Below, piece by piece: positions 50,839 to 62,615 of a stretch of DNA of 64,000 bases. The notes below the pieces were generated by a model, which had not been told where the DNA came from, made no database searches, and saw only the letters and a program-made list of their open reading frames with translations. The position numbers and the translations under genes were made by a program. Source of the stretch: Torpedo marmorata (lineage: Eukaryota); assembly GCA_977017645.1 (NCBI GenBank), contig OZ360225.1, forward strand, positions 30,008,001 to 30,072,000, written 5' to 3'. Every line of letters begins with the position of its first letter. The first letter of the stretch is position 1.

Positions 50839-53800
50839 TGTTATGGACCATGAACTGACCATTTGAACTGCGGACGATCAGCAGGAAGGATGAAGTCTTT
50901 TGGAGTACACACTGGGACCTGGAACTGAAAGAGTTAACTTGCCCAGGACTTCTTATACTTACAGAGAGAGACACCAGAGGGAGACAAACTGTGGAAAAAA
51001 GATACTTGGTTGCACTTTTGAAAAGGCAGGTGAAGACCTCTGCTAAAAAGGCCTTGAAGTTCAGTTGTGGAGGACTGAATCAGTGGCAGGTTGGAGTTGC
51101 AAAGGCGGGAGAACCCAGCAAAATCCAGGCTTGTGCATCCCAGAGGAAAAGGCTGGGAGAAGAGCACAGAGCCTCCTGAAACAGCAAAATCCAGCCTTGT
51201 GCATCCCAGGGGAAAATGCTGGGAGAATAATACAGGGCCTAGATAATTCAGCAAAATCCTGAGTTGAAGGCAACTTTTGTGAAGAACAAGCGTGAGATCA
51301 GCGAGACAGGCTGTGAGATCCAAGTATAAGCCTCAATCTAAAACTGATTTGGAGTCGCAATCCTTGTGAATGTACCAGAAGGGAAAGTCATCAGAGAAGA
51401 AAAGCAGGCCAAGCATTCGTAAGCATAAACAGTCATTGTCTCTCTCTCTCCAACGTTCATTAAGAATCAGAATCAGAATTTATTGTCATGAACAAGTCAT
51501 GAAATTCAGTGTTTTGCGGCAGCATCATAGTGCAATTAACATTCATATTAACCATCTTACGACATTACTATAAAAATTATAAATAATAGTGCACAAAAAG
51601 TAAGGCAGTGTCTTTAGTTCATTGATTATTCAGGAATCTGATGGCAGCGGGGAAGAAGCTGTCCTTGTGCCATTGAGTGCTCGTCTTTAGGCTCCTGTAC
51701 CTTTTTCCCGATTGAAGCAGAGTGAAGAGGGCATGGCCTGGGTGGTGGGGGTCTTTGAGGATAGAAGCTGCTTTTATAAGACACCGCCTCATGTAGATGT
51801 CCTCGATGGAGTGAAGTTTGGTGCCTGTGATGTCACAGGCCGAGTTAACAACCCTCTGGAGTTTACTCTTGTCCTGAGAGTTGGCGCCTCCATACCAGGC
51901 AGTGATGCAACCAGCCAGAATGCTCTCCAGGGTACACCTGTAGAAGTTTACGAGAGTCTTTGGTGACATACCGAATCTCCGCAGACACCTTACAAAGTAT
52001 AGCCGCTGACGAGCCTTCTTTGTGATTGCATCAACGTGGATGCTCCAGGACAGATCCTCGGAGATGTTGACACCCAGGAATTTGAAGTTCTTGACCCTCT
52101 CCACTACTGAGCCCTCGATGAGGACTGGGTCATGTTCCCCTGACTTCCTCCTGAAGTCCACAATCATCTCCTTGGTTTTGCTGACGTTGAACTCAAGATT
52201 GTTGTCATTACACCATTCAACGAGCTGATCTATCTCCCTCCTGTACGCTTCCTCATTGCCGTTTGTGATTCTGCCGACAACTGTGGTGTCATCGGCAAAC
52301 TTGTAGATGGCATTGGAATTGTGCCTGGCCACACAGTCATGGTGTATAACGAGTAGAGCAGTGGACTAAGCACGCATCCTTGGGTTGCGCCTCTGTTGAT
52401 AATCAGTGAGGAGGAGACGTTGTTTCCAATTCGTACCGACTGTGGTCTTCCGATGAGAAAGTCAAGGATCCAGTTGCAGAGTGGGTACAGAGGCCTAGAG
52501 TTTGTAGCTTCTTGACCAGCACTGAGGGAATAATGGTATTGAAGGCCGAGCTGTAGTCGATGAAGAGCAGCCGTATGTATGAATTGCTGTTTTCGAGGTG
52601 ATCCAGAGCTGAGTGGAGAGCCAGTGATATTGCATCTGCTGTGGAGCGATTGCGACGATAGGCGAATTGCAGAAGTCCTTCTTGCCAGCACACATAGAGA
52701 GTGAATCTTTGTGGACTGCATTTTTGAGACTGACTTGTTTTTATTACTGACCTGGGGGTTTTGGGGAAAGTTTTCCATTTTTACATGAGGGCCGGGCACA
52801 GACTGTAATGGTCTGGGCTTCACACACACAGACACACACACAGACACACACACAGACACACACACAGACACACACACACACACACGTGTTTATAGACGAA
52901 GAATAGTGTTTATAGACGTTTATAGTGGGGTTAATTGTTGTGAAATTATATGTTTAATTGTCTTTAATAAATATAAATTTCAATTTTATCCCTTTTGCAT
53001 TGCGTCTTCTGTAGTTGCTGGTTTGAAATTTTAACAAAATTGGGGGTTCGTCCTTGGATTTGAATCAAGATCCATCTTGGTAATTGAAGGAATCCCAGGC
53101 TGGTTTAAGACATTCCTTTTGTAAAGCTATTTAAAAGCTAGTGTGCGTGTAACAAAAAACCAGCAACAATGGATGTAGAAAATTTTTTGGAATCACCTGA
53201 ACCTGATATTTAAAAAAGGCTAAAAAGGAACAGTTAGTGGCTATAGCAACAGAGTTTGGCATTGCTTCTGTAAAACCATCAATGAAAAAGGCAGAGATTG
53301 GGGAAAAATTGCCAAATACTATATAAAAGGGAAAAAGTTTGAGGAGAGCGTGTTAGAGCAGTTTCCCAAGGGTCAACCTTCTGAAAACATACAGTTGGAC
53401 GAAAGAAATTGGAATTGGAATTGGAACAAAAGAGATTAGACTTGGAGGCAGCCAGGGAACAAAAGAGATTAGATATGGAATTGGAACAAAAGAGATTAGA
53501 CTTAGAGAGAGAGGAGAAAATTAGGCAATATGAGCTGGAAAAGATTAAGTTGGAAAATGAGAGGAGACAAGAAGAGCACCAAGATCAAATTCGTCATCCT
53601 GCTGAGGGGTTTTTGGCTAGTAGAGATGTTAGGTTGGTTCTTCCATTTGAGGAGGCAGAAATAGATAAGTACTTCCAGCATTTTGAGAAGGTGGCTGTGA
53701 AATTAAAATGGCCACAAGACCAATGGTCTCTTATGTTACAAAGTGTAATAAAAGGAAAAGCTCAGCAAGCTTATTCTACTCTTACCACGGCGCAAGCTGC

Positions 53801-56800
53801 TGATTATAAAACGGTGAAAAAGGCTATACTCCAGGCTTATGAGTTAGTTCCAGAGTCTTATAGACAGAAGTTTAGAAATTTAAAAAGATCAGCAACCCAA
53901 TCTTACACAGAGTTTGCCTATGAAAAGGTTGTGTGTTTTGACTGGTGGTGCACATCCAAGGCGGTAAACAATGATTACAATCAATTGAGAAAATTGATAA
54001 TAATTGAGGAGATAAAAAGGTGTGTTCCTGAGGATATTAAGGCATACTTAGATGAAAAGGAGGTGAAAACTTGGCAAAATTCAGCTAAGTTAGCAGATGA
54101 ATATGCTTTAACCCATAAGCCTAAGTGGATGTCAGGAAGAATTTTCCAAAAGGTCACTGTGGATAATCCCAAGCAAGTGGAAAGTAAATTTGGAAGTGGT
54201 GTTAAGGAAAGGGATGATGGAAAGAGGAAAAGGGAAAACCCTTCGGGTCGCATTTGCCACTACTGTAGGAAGGCTGGTCATATGCTAGAAAGCTGTCCAG
54301 TGTTGAAAAAGAAGAGAGAAAAGGATGCAACACCTAATGCTTGTTTTCAGAGTGAGAAGAGGCATAACACTCAGGAAGGAGATAAAGCTACTGGCAAAGT
54401 TAGGGATGTATTTAAACCTTTTGTGACTGATGGTTTTGTTTCAGTTAAGGCAGGAGCAAAGCAAGTTCCAGTGAAAATCTTGCGAGATACTGGAGCTGCT
54501 CAGTCACTTATGTTAGATTGTGTCTTGGAATTTTGTGAAGCTACTGACACCGGTGAAATGAAGAATTGGGGGTGATGTTGAGTCCATTCCTTTTTGCACA
54601 AAATAGTGTTGGACTGGGCCTTGGTGGAAGGACCTGTTATAATAGGAGTGAGATCAGAGTTGCTAGTGGAAGGAGTCTCACTTTTGTTAGGCAATGACTT
54701 GGCTTAGGGTAAAGTAGTTCCTCCAGTGCGAATGACCACTAAGCCAGTCATTGATAAGTCAGAGAAAGACTCTGATATTTATCCGGCATGTGCCATAACC
54801 AGGGCCATGTCTAAGAAAAATGTCACTGTAGAGAAGGCAGTGGAAACTAAATTGGTGAAAGAAAAAGTCAGTGATATTCAAGAACACCTGGAAAAGGTTG
54901 AGCAATCTCCTGTGTTACACCCATCCACTGATAAGACACCAAAAGGCACAGATTTGTCACTATCCCGACAGGAGCTAATAGCAAGGCAAAAGGACGATCC
55001 TGATCTTGCTGAGGTGAGGGATAAGGTTCTCTCTGAAGAGGAGATTAAAAAGGTGCCAGTGGGTTATTATGAAAAAGATGGGGTGTTGATGAGTTAGTGG
55101 AGACCATGTGATGTTCCTGCCAATGCAGAATGGGCAATAGTGCAGCAGGTTGTGATCCCTAAAGTATATCGGGATGCAATAATAACTTTGGCTCATAGCA
55201 CACCCTTAGGTGGTCACCTTGGGGGTGAAGAGAACTATACGGAAGATAATGAAACAATTTTATTGGCCCAGTTTGAGAAGGGAGATTGTAAGCTTTTGCC
55301 GGGCCTGTCACACTTGTCAGGTGGTGGGTAAACCTAATCAGGGTCCCCCGGTGGCACCCTTCCAACCTATCCCTGCTTTCAGTGAGCCTTTCTCGAGAGT
55401 GATTGTGGACTGTGTTGGCCCATTGCCCTAAACCAAAGCGGGGAATGAATATTTGTTAACAATTATGTGTGCAGCCACCAGATTTCCAGAGGCCATTCCT
55501 CTGAGAAACATTAAAGCAAAAACAATTGTAAAGGCTATGGTAAAGTTTTTCACCTTGGTAGGTTTGCCAAGGGAAATTTCATCAGATCAGGGCAGTAATT
55601 TCATGTCAGGCGTTTTCCAACAAGTGGTTGATGGACTGGGAGTTAAACAGGTTGTATCCTCTGTGTACCATCCAGAAAGTCAAGGGGCCTTGGAGAGGTT
55701 CCATTCGACTTTGAAAAACATGATTAGAACCTATTGTTGTGAGAAGGAAAAGGATTGGGATGAGGGGGGTTCATTTGTTGTTATTTGCAGCGAGGGAGTC
55801 TGTCCAAGAATCACTTGGTTTTAGTCCATTCGAGTTAGTTTTCGGACATGAGGTGAGAGGTCCTTTAAGGTTATTAAAAGAACAGTGGATTAATAGTGAT
55901 GTTAGATTATGTTTCAAAATTTAAGGATCGGTTGCATGGGGCTTGTGAGATGGCAAAGGAGACTTTAAAGGCCACTCAACAGAGAATGAAGGTTTAGTAT
56001 GATCGAAAGGCCAAGATGAGAACTTTTAAACCTGGTGAGAACGTATTAGTTCTGTTTGCCATCCATTCAAATTCTCTTGGGGCTAGATTTTCAGGACCCT
56101 ATAGAGTTAAAGTCAAAAATTAATGATGTCAGCTATGTCATAGAAACACATAATCGCAGATGAGACACACAGGTCTGTCATGTGAATATGATTAAGCCAT
56201 ATTTTGAACAGGTGCCGCAGAAAGAGACTGAACATTTACCACAGGTGCTGGTTATTGATCGGTGTAAGGAGGAGACAGATAAAACCAGTTTCAGAGAGGG
56301 TCATGGGACTGTTAATTCTCTGGGTTATGTAGTAGGACAGGGGCAGTTGGCGCCAGCAGAGGCAAAGGTTGTGACTATTTCCGAGTTCCCTGTTCCAACT
56401 GGTAAGAAAACTCTGAGCAGGTTCCTGGGAATGATTGGCTACTACCGCAAGTTCTGTAAATAAACTTTGCAGATCTTGCGCTCCCTCTCACAAATTTGCT
56501 TAGAAAGAGAGAAAAATTTGTATGGACGACAGGTTGTCAGGGAGCATTTGTCGAATTGAAAGCCATGTTATGCCACCAACCTGTGCTTAAGTCACCTAAT
56601 TTAGAACAGTCGTTTTCTTTAGCCGTGGATGCCAGCGATGAAGCTGTGGATGCGGTGCTGTTGCAGAGGAAGAACGAAGAGGACATTCACCATCCTACTT
56701 CTCGAAGAAGTTCAATGATCATCAAAGGAATTATTCAACCATAGAAAAAGAGTTGTTGGCTCTTGTTTTGGCTTTGCAACACTTTGATGTTTATATCTGT

Positions 56801-58060
56801 ACAGTTCAAAAACCACTCATAGTGTATACTGACCATAATCCATTGGTTTTTCTTTGTAAAATTAAAAATAAGAATTGACCGTTGTTGAAATGGAGTTTAA
56901 TTTTGCAGGAATATGATTTAGTAATAACACATATAAAAGGGAAAGATAATATAATTGCTGATTGTCTTTCTAGATGCTGAACTTTATAAATGAAAATAGT
57001 TCATATTTTGTGTTTATGGATGAACATTGTGGGTTTTGTTTATATTGTAACACCTCAATTTCCAAAGTTTTTTTCTTGCAAACCAACATTTTCTTTGTGG
57101 GTGGGAGGTATTATGGACCATGACTGACCATTTGGACTGCAGACGGTCAGCAGGAAGGATGAAGTATTTTGGAGTCCACACTGGGACCTGGTACTGAAAG
57201 AGTTAACTTTCCCAGGACTTCTTGTACCTACAGAGAGAGACACCAGGGGGAGACAAACTGTGGAAAAAAGATACTTGGTTGCACTTTTGAAAAGGCAGGT
57301 GAAGACCTCTGCTAAAAAGGCCTTGAAGTTCAGTTGTGGAGGACTGAATCAGTTGCAGTTTGGAGTTGCAAAGGCGGGAGAACCCAGCAAAATCCAGGCT
57401 TGTGCATCCCAGAGGAAAAGGCTGGAGAAGAGCACAGAGCCTCCTGAATCTGCAAAATCCAGGCTTGTGCATCCCAAGGGAAAAGGCTGGGAGAAATACA
57501 AGGCCTTGGTGATTCAGCAAAATCCTGAGTTGAAGGCAACTTTTGTGAAGAACAGGCGAGAGATCAGCGAGACAGGCTGTGAGATCCAAGTACACGCCTC
57601 AATCCAAAACGGATTTGGAGTCGCAATCCTTGTGAATGTACCAGAAGGGAAAGTCATCAGAGAAGAAAAGCAGGCCAAGCATTCGTAAGCATAAACAGTC
57701 ATTGTCTCTTTCTCCAACGTTCATTAAGAAGTCCTTCTTGCCAGCACACAGAGCTGAATTTGGACCCTGAACATAGAGAGTGAATTTTTGTGGACTGTAT
57801 TTTTGGGACTGAGTTGTTTTTATGACTGACCTGGGGGTTTTGGGGAAGGTTTTCCATTTTTACATGAGGGTTTGGCAGAGACTGTAATGGTCTGGGCTTT
57901 ACACACACACACACACTTTTTAGATAAGAATAGTGTTTATAGACGTTTATAGTTGGGTTAATTGTGAAATTATATGTTTAATTGTCTTTAATAAATATAA
58001 ATTTCAATTTTACCCCTTTTGCGTTGCGTCTTCTGTCGTTGCTGGTTTGAATTTGTAACA
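50839..58060 (+). mobile_element. Gmr1-type Gypsy LTR retrotransposon, copy 2 (same RT-core deletion)
   Basis: LTRs 50839-53036 (containing a LINE insert) and 57109-58060; TSD ATTG (50835-50838, 58061-58064); PBS at 53041; disrupted gag-PR-IN-RH at ~53169-56980. Confidence 0.92.
51467..52670 (-). mobile_element. Rex1/Babar LINE inserted into the 5' LTR of Gypsy copy 2
   Basis: RT motifs [15 protein letters not shown] and KFADD; AGAA repeated on both sides; absent from the 3' LTR. Confidence 0.9.
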
Positions 58061-60717
58061 ATTGTGAAGTTTGCATGAGGTAAGGATCAAACCTGGTTTG
58101 CTGGAGCTGTGGAGCAACAGCTTACCAGCTGTGCCACTGGGCAGCCTAATTTAAAATGTTCTGCCAGCTCCACTGAGAGTTGCTTGTTTTCAATTCACTC
58201 TGCAGAATATCAAAGCAAGACGATCAGCAGGTGTCACAAAAGGTGTCACTGCAGAATACCCTACAATGTCATCTCCACTGTTTGAACAAGCAAATTCAAT
58301 TGCACTCTTGAGTATTTAAACAATTGTTTCTATTTTTAAAAACAGTATTTCTTATTCTTCCAAAGAAGAATGAATCAGCGTGCATTAGCACTTGCTGGGA
58401 GTTTATTCCACACTTTAATCTCATTTCACATATCCATTTCAAATATATTAAAAGGGACCGTTAAAGATCAACAAGGTGGTCTACATGTGGAGCCACAGGA
58501 GATGGGCGAGGTTTTAAATGAGTATTTCTAATCTGTATTTACTGTGAAGACAATTTTACGTAAATTTACATCAGAGGTCAACGTATTAGACGAGTAAATA
58601 TTTCAAATCACAGTTTTCTTTGGTTCTACTTCCTACTCAATTGCATGGGTTGTGATTTATTCAGACAGCATTCTATACAGTAGTATATTCCATTCTTATG
58701 TTCCAAAGATTTGTGGAAACAATTTGAAAGTTTCATGCTGGAAGGAATTAGCATCATAAAAAAAAATAAGAAATTCATAACTCAGTGCTAAACAAAAGAG
58801 CTTTCTTCAGGATTATGATCATAATCCAGATTAATGTGAAGATAGTTAAAGTGGCAAATGTTCTGTTGAGCTTCACAGTGAGAGGACATGAGTACAGGAC
58901 CAGGGGTGCCCTATTGCAATTATTCAGGGTCTCGGCAAGATCACTCCTTTTGCACTGTGTGCAGATTTCGCCTGCTTGCGAGGAAGATTGTTTATGCTAC
59001 GGAGGGGTTGCAATGAAGGTTTACTAACTGATTCCTGGTAGCAGAACTGATAAGAAGAGTGATTGTGACGAATAGGTTTGTTTTTAACAAGAATTTAGAA
59101 GAATGTGAATGGCCCTCTGAAACATTTAAAATCCTGAGGAATTTGGATAGACCAGATGGAGGAAGAATGTTCCTGGTGGCGAGGTTAGGGTGAGAATAGA
59201 ATCAACCATTAAGACAACAAGGGCACAGGGTAAACCATTTTGAATAAAGGGAGGAGAAATATCGACCCAAAGAGTGGTGAACCTGTGGAATGTTCTATTA
59301 CAGAAGGTAATTGATACCAAATCATTCAATATTTTCAGATTTAAATATAATTTTTATGACTATAAAGATTCAAGATATGGGGAGAAAGCAGGAACAGGAC
59401 ATTGAATTTGGATGAACATCCATAACCATATTGAATAACAGTTTTAATCTACAATTTGAGAGGGAGAAGGGAAAATCGGAAGTGTCATTATTGCAGTTGA
59501 ACAAAGGGGACTATGGAGCCATGAGGGAGGAGCTGGCCAAAGTTGACTGGAAAGATACTCTAGCAGAGATAACAGTGGAACAACAATGACAGGTATTTCT
59601 GGGAATAATACAGAAGGTGCAGGATCAGTTCATTCCAAAGAGGAAGAAAGATTCTAAGGGGAGTAAGGGGCGACCGTGGCTGACAAGGGAAGTCAAGGAC
59701 AGTATAAAAATAAAAGAGAAGTTTAACACAGCAAAGATGAGCGGGAAGCCAGAGGGTTGGGAAACTTTTAAAGAGCAACAGAAAATAACTAAAAAGGCAA
59801 TACGGGGAGAAAAGATAAGGTACGAAGGTAGGCTAGCCAAGAATAGAAAGGAGGATAGTAAAAGCATCTTTAGGTATGTGAAGAGGAATAAATTAGTTAA
59901 GATCAAAGTTGGGCCCTTGAAGACAGAAACGGGTGAAATTATTATGGGGAACAAGGAAATGACAGAAGAGTTGAACAGGTACTTTGGATCTGTCTTCACT
60001 AGGGAAGACACAAACAACCTCCCAAATGTAATAGTGGACAGAGGACCTAGGGTAACGGAGGAACTGAAGGAAATTCACATTAGGCAGAAAATGGTGTTGG
60101 GGAGACTAATGAGATTGAAGGCTGATAAATCCCAAGGGCCTGATGGTCTGCATCCCAGGGTACTTAAGGAGGTGACTCTAGAAATCATAGATACATTGGT
60201 AATCATTTTCCAATGTTCTATAGATTCAGGATCAGTTCCTGCGGATTGGACGGTAGCTAATGTTATCCCACTTTTTAAGAAAGTTAGCCTGACATCAATG
60301 GTGGGGAAGATGCTGGAGTCAATTATAAAAGATGAAATAGAGGCACATTTGGATATCAGTAACAGGATCGGTCCGAGTCAGCATGGATTTACGAAGGGGA
60401 AATCATGCTTGACTAATCTTCTGAAATTTTTTGAGGATGTGTCTATGAAAATGGACAAGGGAGATCCAGTGGATGTAGTGTACCTGGACTTTCAGAAAGC
60501 CTTTGATAAGGTCCCACATAGGAGATTAGTGGGCAAAATTAGAGCACATGGTATTGGGGGTAGGGTACTGACATGGATAGAAAATTGGTTGGCAGACAGG
60601 AAACAAAGAGTAGGGATTAACGGGTCTCTTTCAGAATGGCAGGCAGTGACTAGTGGGGTAACGCAAGGTTCGGTGCTGAGAGCGCAGTTATTTACAATAT
60701 ACATTAATGATTTAGAT
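58061..60717 (-). repeat. Inverted segmental duplicate of 43123-43641 and 33901-36112
   Basis: Reverse-complement match that includes non-TE sequence; ORF pairs such as 35636-35878(-) / 58785-59027(+) are nearly identical. Confidence 0.92.
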
Positions 60718-60776
60718 CATTAGATTTGGATTAGTTCCCATGTCTCCCAGGCCACATCCCTTGCGCCCCCCCCTCC

Positions 60777-60868
<92 letters not shown>

Positions 60869-62615
60869 ACTTGGTATTAGGTCTGTTGCAAACTTAAAAC
60901 AACAACTATTGTGTCTTTCCCTTGTAACTTGAAGATAGATACACATCACCTTTTTAATTGGTGTGCCGTGCCTGCTTGTCGCTATACAGGTGGTAGGTAC
61001 TGATTGTAAGAACCCATGAATTAACATCGGTATTGTTTTGAAAACTTGTATCAGAACATTACTGGTTTGCATGCGGGTGAATGTGTGTCTCCTGTTATGT
61101 ATTGGTGTCGTGTGTATATAAAGTTCACCGTTTAGTTCTGACTCGTGGCGAGGATTGTCACTATTTGAACCCTTCGAACTTCTTTTCCTACCACAGATTG
61201 GCACTACGAGAATGGTTCAAGGAAAAACAACCAGGCAATTGGGTGGGAGCAGTGTTCTGGCAAAAGGCTAAAATAAAGGGCCCCACGTGTACAGGGGACA
61301 GAGTATCGTGGTCGATCAAAGATACTGCTGGGTTCGGCAGTCTGGCCAGCGTGCTGGAGGAGCATCGCAAGCCGATGGAATGGTCAGATAGTGTAGACTT
61401 GTAAGGGGAGGAGATTGGCCACCATCTTGTGTCCCTCCTCAAATAATCGGAGTTCACGGGATGTAAGGGGAGCCACAGAGGGATCTTTTGGCTGCTGACA
61501 GTCTTCCTGCGGCACCGACACAAAGCCTTGCGACGAAAGGAACACAAGATCACCCAGTTAAAATTTGAGGTGTAAACGCTGCTGCAGCGTTGCTCCCTGA
61601 TGGGGAAACCTGCCAGAGAGAATAAAGGCACACAGCTCGCATGCAGGCTGGTCAATGTACGGTAGTTTGAGCTGTGGCCATGTGGCTGCTCCAGATCTGG
61701 GACGCGGTTGGTACCAGCGTGAGCGTACCCCATCGGAAGCAGGTATCTGGTTGGGTTATCCAGTCAGGAAGCCATGAAGAACGGCCTGCAGGTGCCGTCT
61801 GAGGCCATGGAGGGTAACACATCCCTGTTGGTCCGGGAAACTGCTGCTGTCCAGGTGACGTGCCCCTCCTTGCTGCAATGGGATTTACAGTCGCGGGCAG
61901 AGCCAGAGTGGCGTTCGGTAGAGGATGTGATTAGGGCCCTTAGTGACTGGGCTCTAGTTACTGGACTATATGAGGGCGCCCACGGCCGTGAGTCCCCTGA
62001 GGTCTCCGGATTACCGCCGCAGTGGCGGGACACCTGGTTACCACCGTCCTTCCCTATCTGAAGGGGATTGTGCTGTCTTTAATCTGTCCAGCGGTTGGTA
62101 AGATAGCGAGGGAGACTGCTAGAAGGGCTGGAGTACTTGGAGAGGGCCGTGCGTGTTCGGGCCCGGAAGGTAGAAAAGAGTGTAGGGCTAACTAAGGACC
62201 GGATCAACGCGATATTCACCTTCGCCCTGTATGCAATCTGGAAGGAGCATTGTGCAGGGAAGTTGAGCGATGGAATGGGATCCGTCCGCAAAGGGCACGG
62301 GTTGGGCCATCTCTCGTCGGCGCCTCCTCCAGGCCACACCAAGGCCCTGCAAGCATCCATCGATGCCCTGCAAGAAGTAGTGGTGGAGCTGCAGTGTCAG
62401 AAGGGGTGGACCAGTTTATGGCGACGGTCCACTCCGCTGCAGTATGATTGTAGCCAGATCTCCCGGCGGATTCGTTCACCTATCATTTCCCGGCCGGGAA
62501 TTTCGAGGCCCAATATCCCAGACCACGTCACCAAGATACAAAGAAACGTTCGGACCGCCCCCTTTTTCCTCACTGCCCCCTTGGATCTTTCCACCGCCCA
62601 CTTTGTGAATCACTA
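60718..62615 (-). mobile_element. Non-autonomous hAT element, copy B (inverted; right TIR replaced by filler)
   Basis: Reverse-complement match to 43908-45572 plus 46330-~46535; left TIR ends at 62615, followed by CTTTAGTC. Confidence 0.82.
60783..60867. repeat. (CA)n microsatellite, about 42 units
   Basis: Pure CA run; the matching position in copy A (~46465-46492) is a short interrupted GT tract. Confidence 0.95.

Larger units (their letters stand above)
50610..58146 (-). mobile_element. V-SINE split by Gypsy copy 2 (parts 50610-50838 and 58061-58146)
   Basis: The SINE sequence is continuous across the ATTG TSD; the uninterrupted site is seen in the duplicate at ~43631-43660. Confidence 0.75.

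Noticed and set aside
33901-62615. Whole inverted duplication as a simple assembly artefact
   Set aside because: The arms differ by many substitutions, private indels and TE insertions, and the breakpoints coincide with TIRs and a split TSD; read-level confirmation is still needed.
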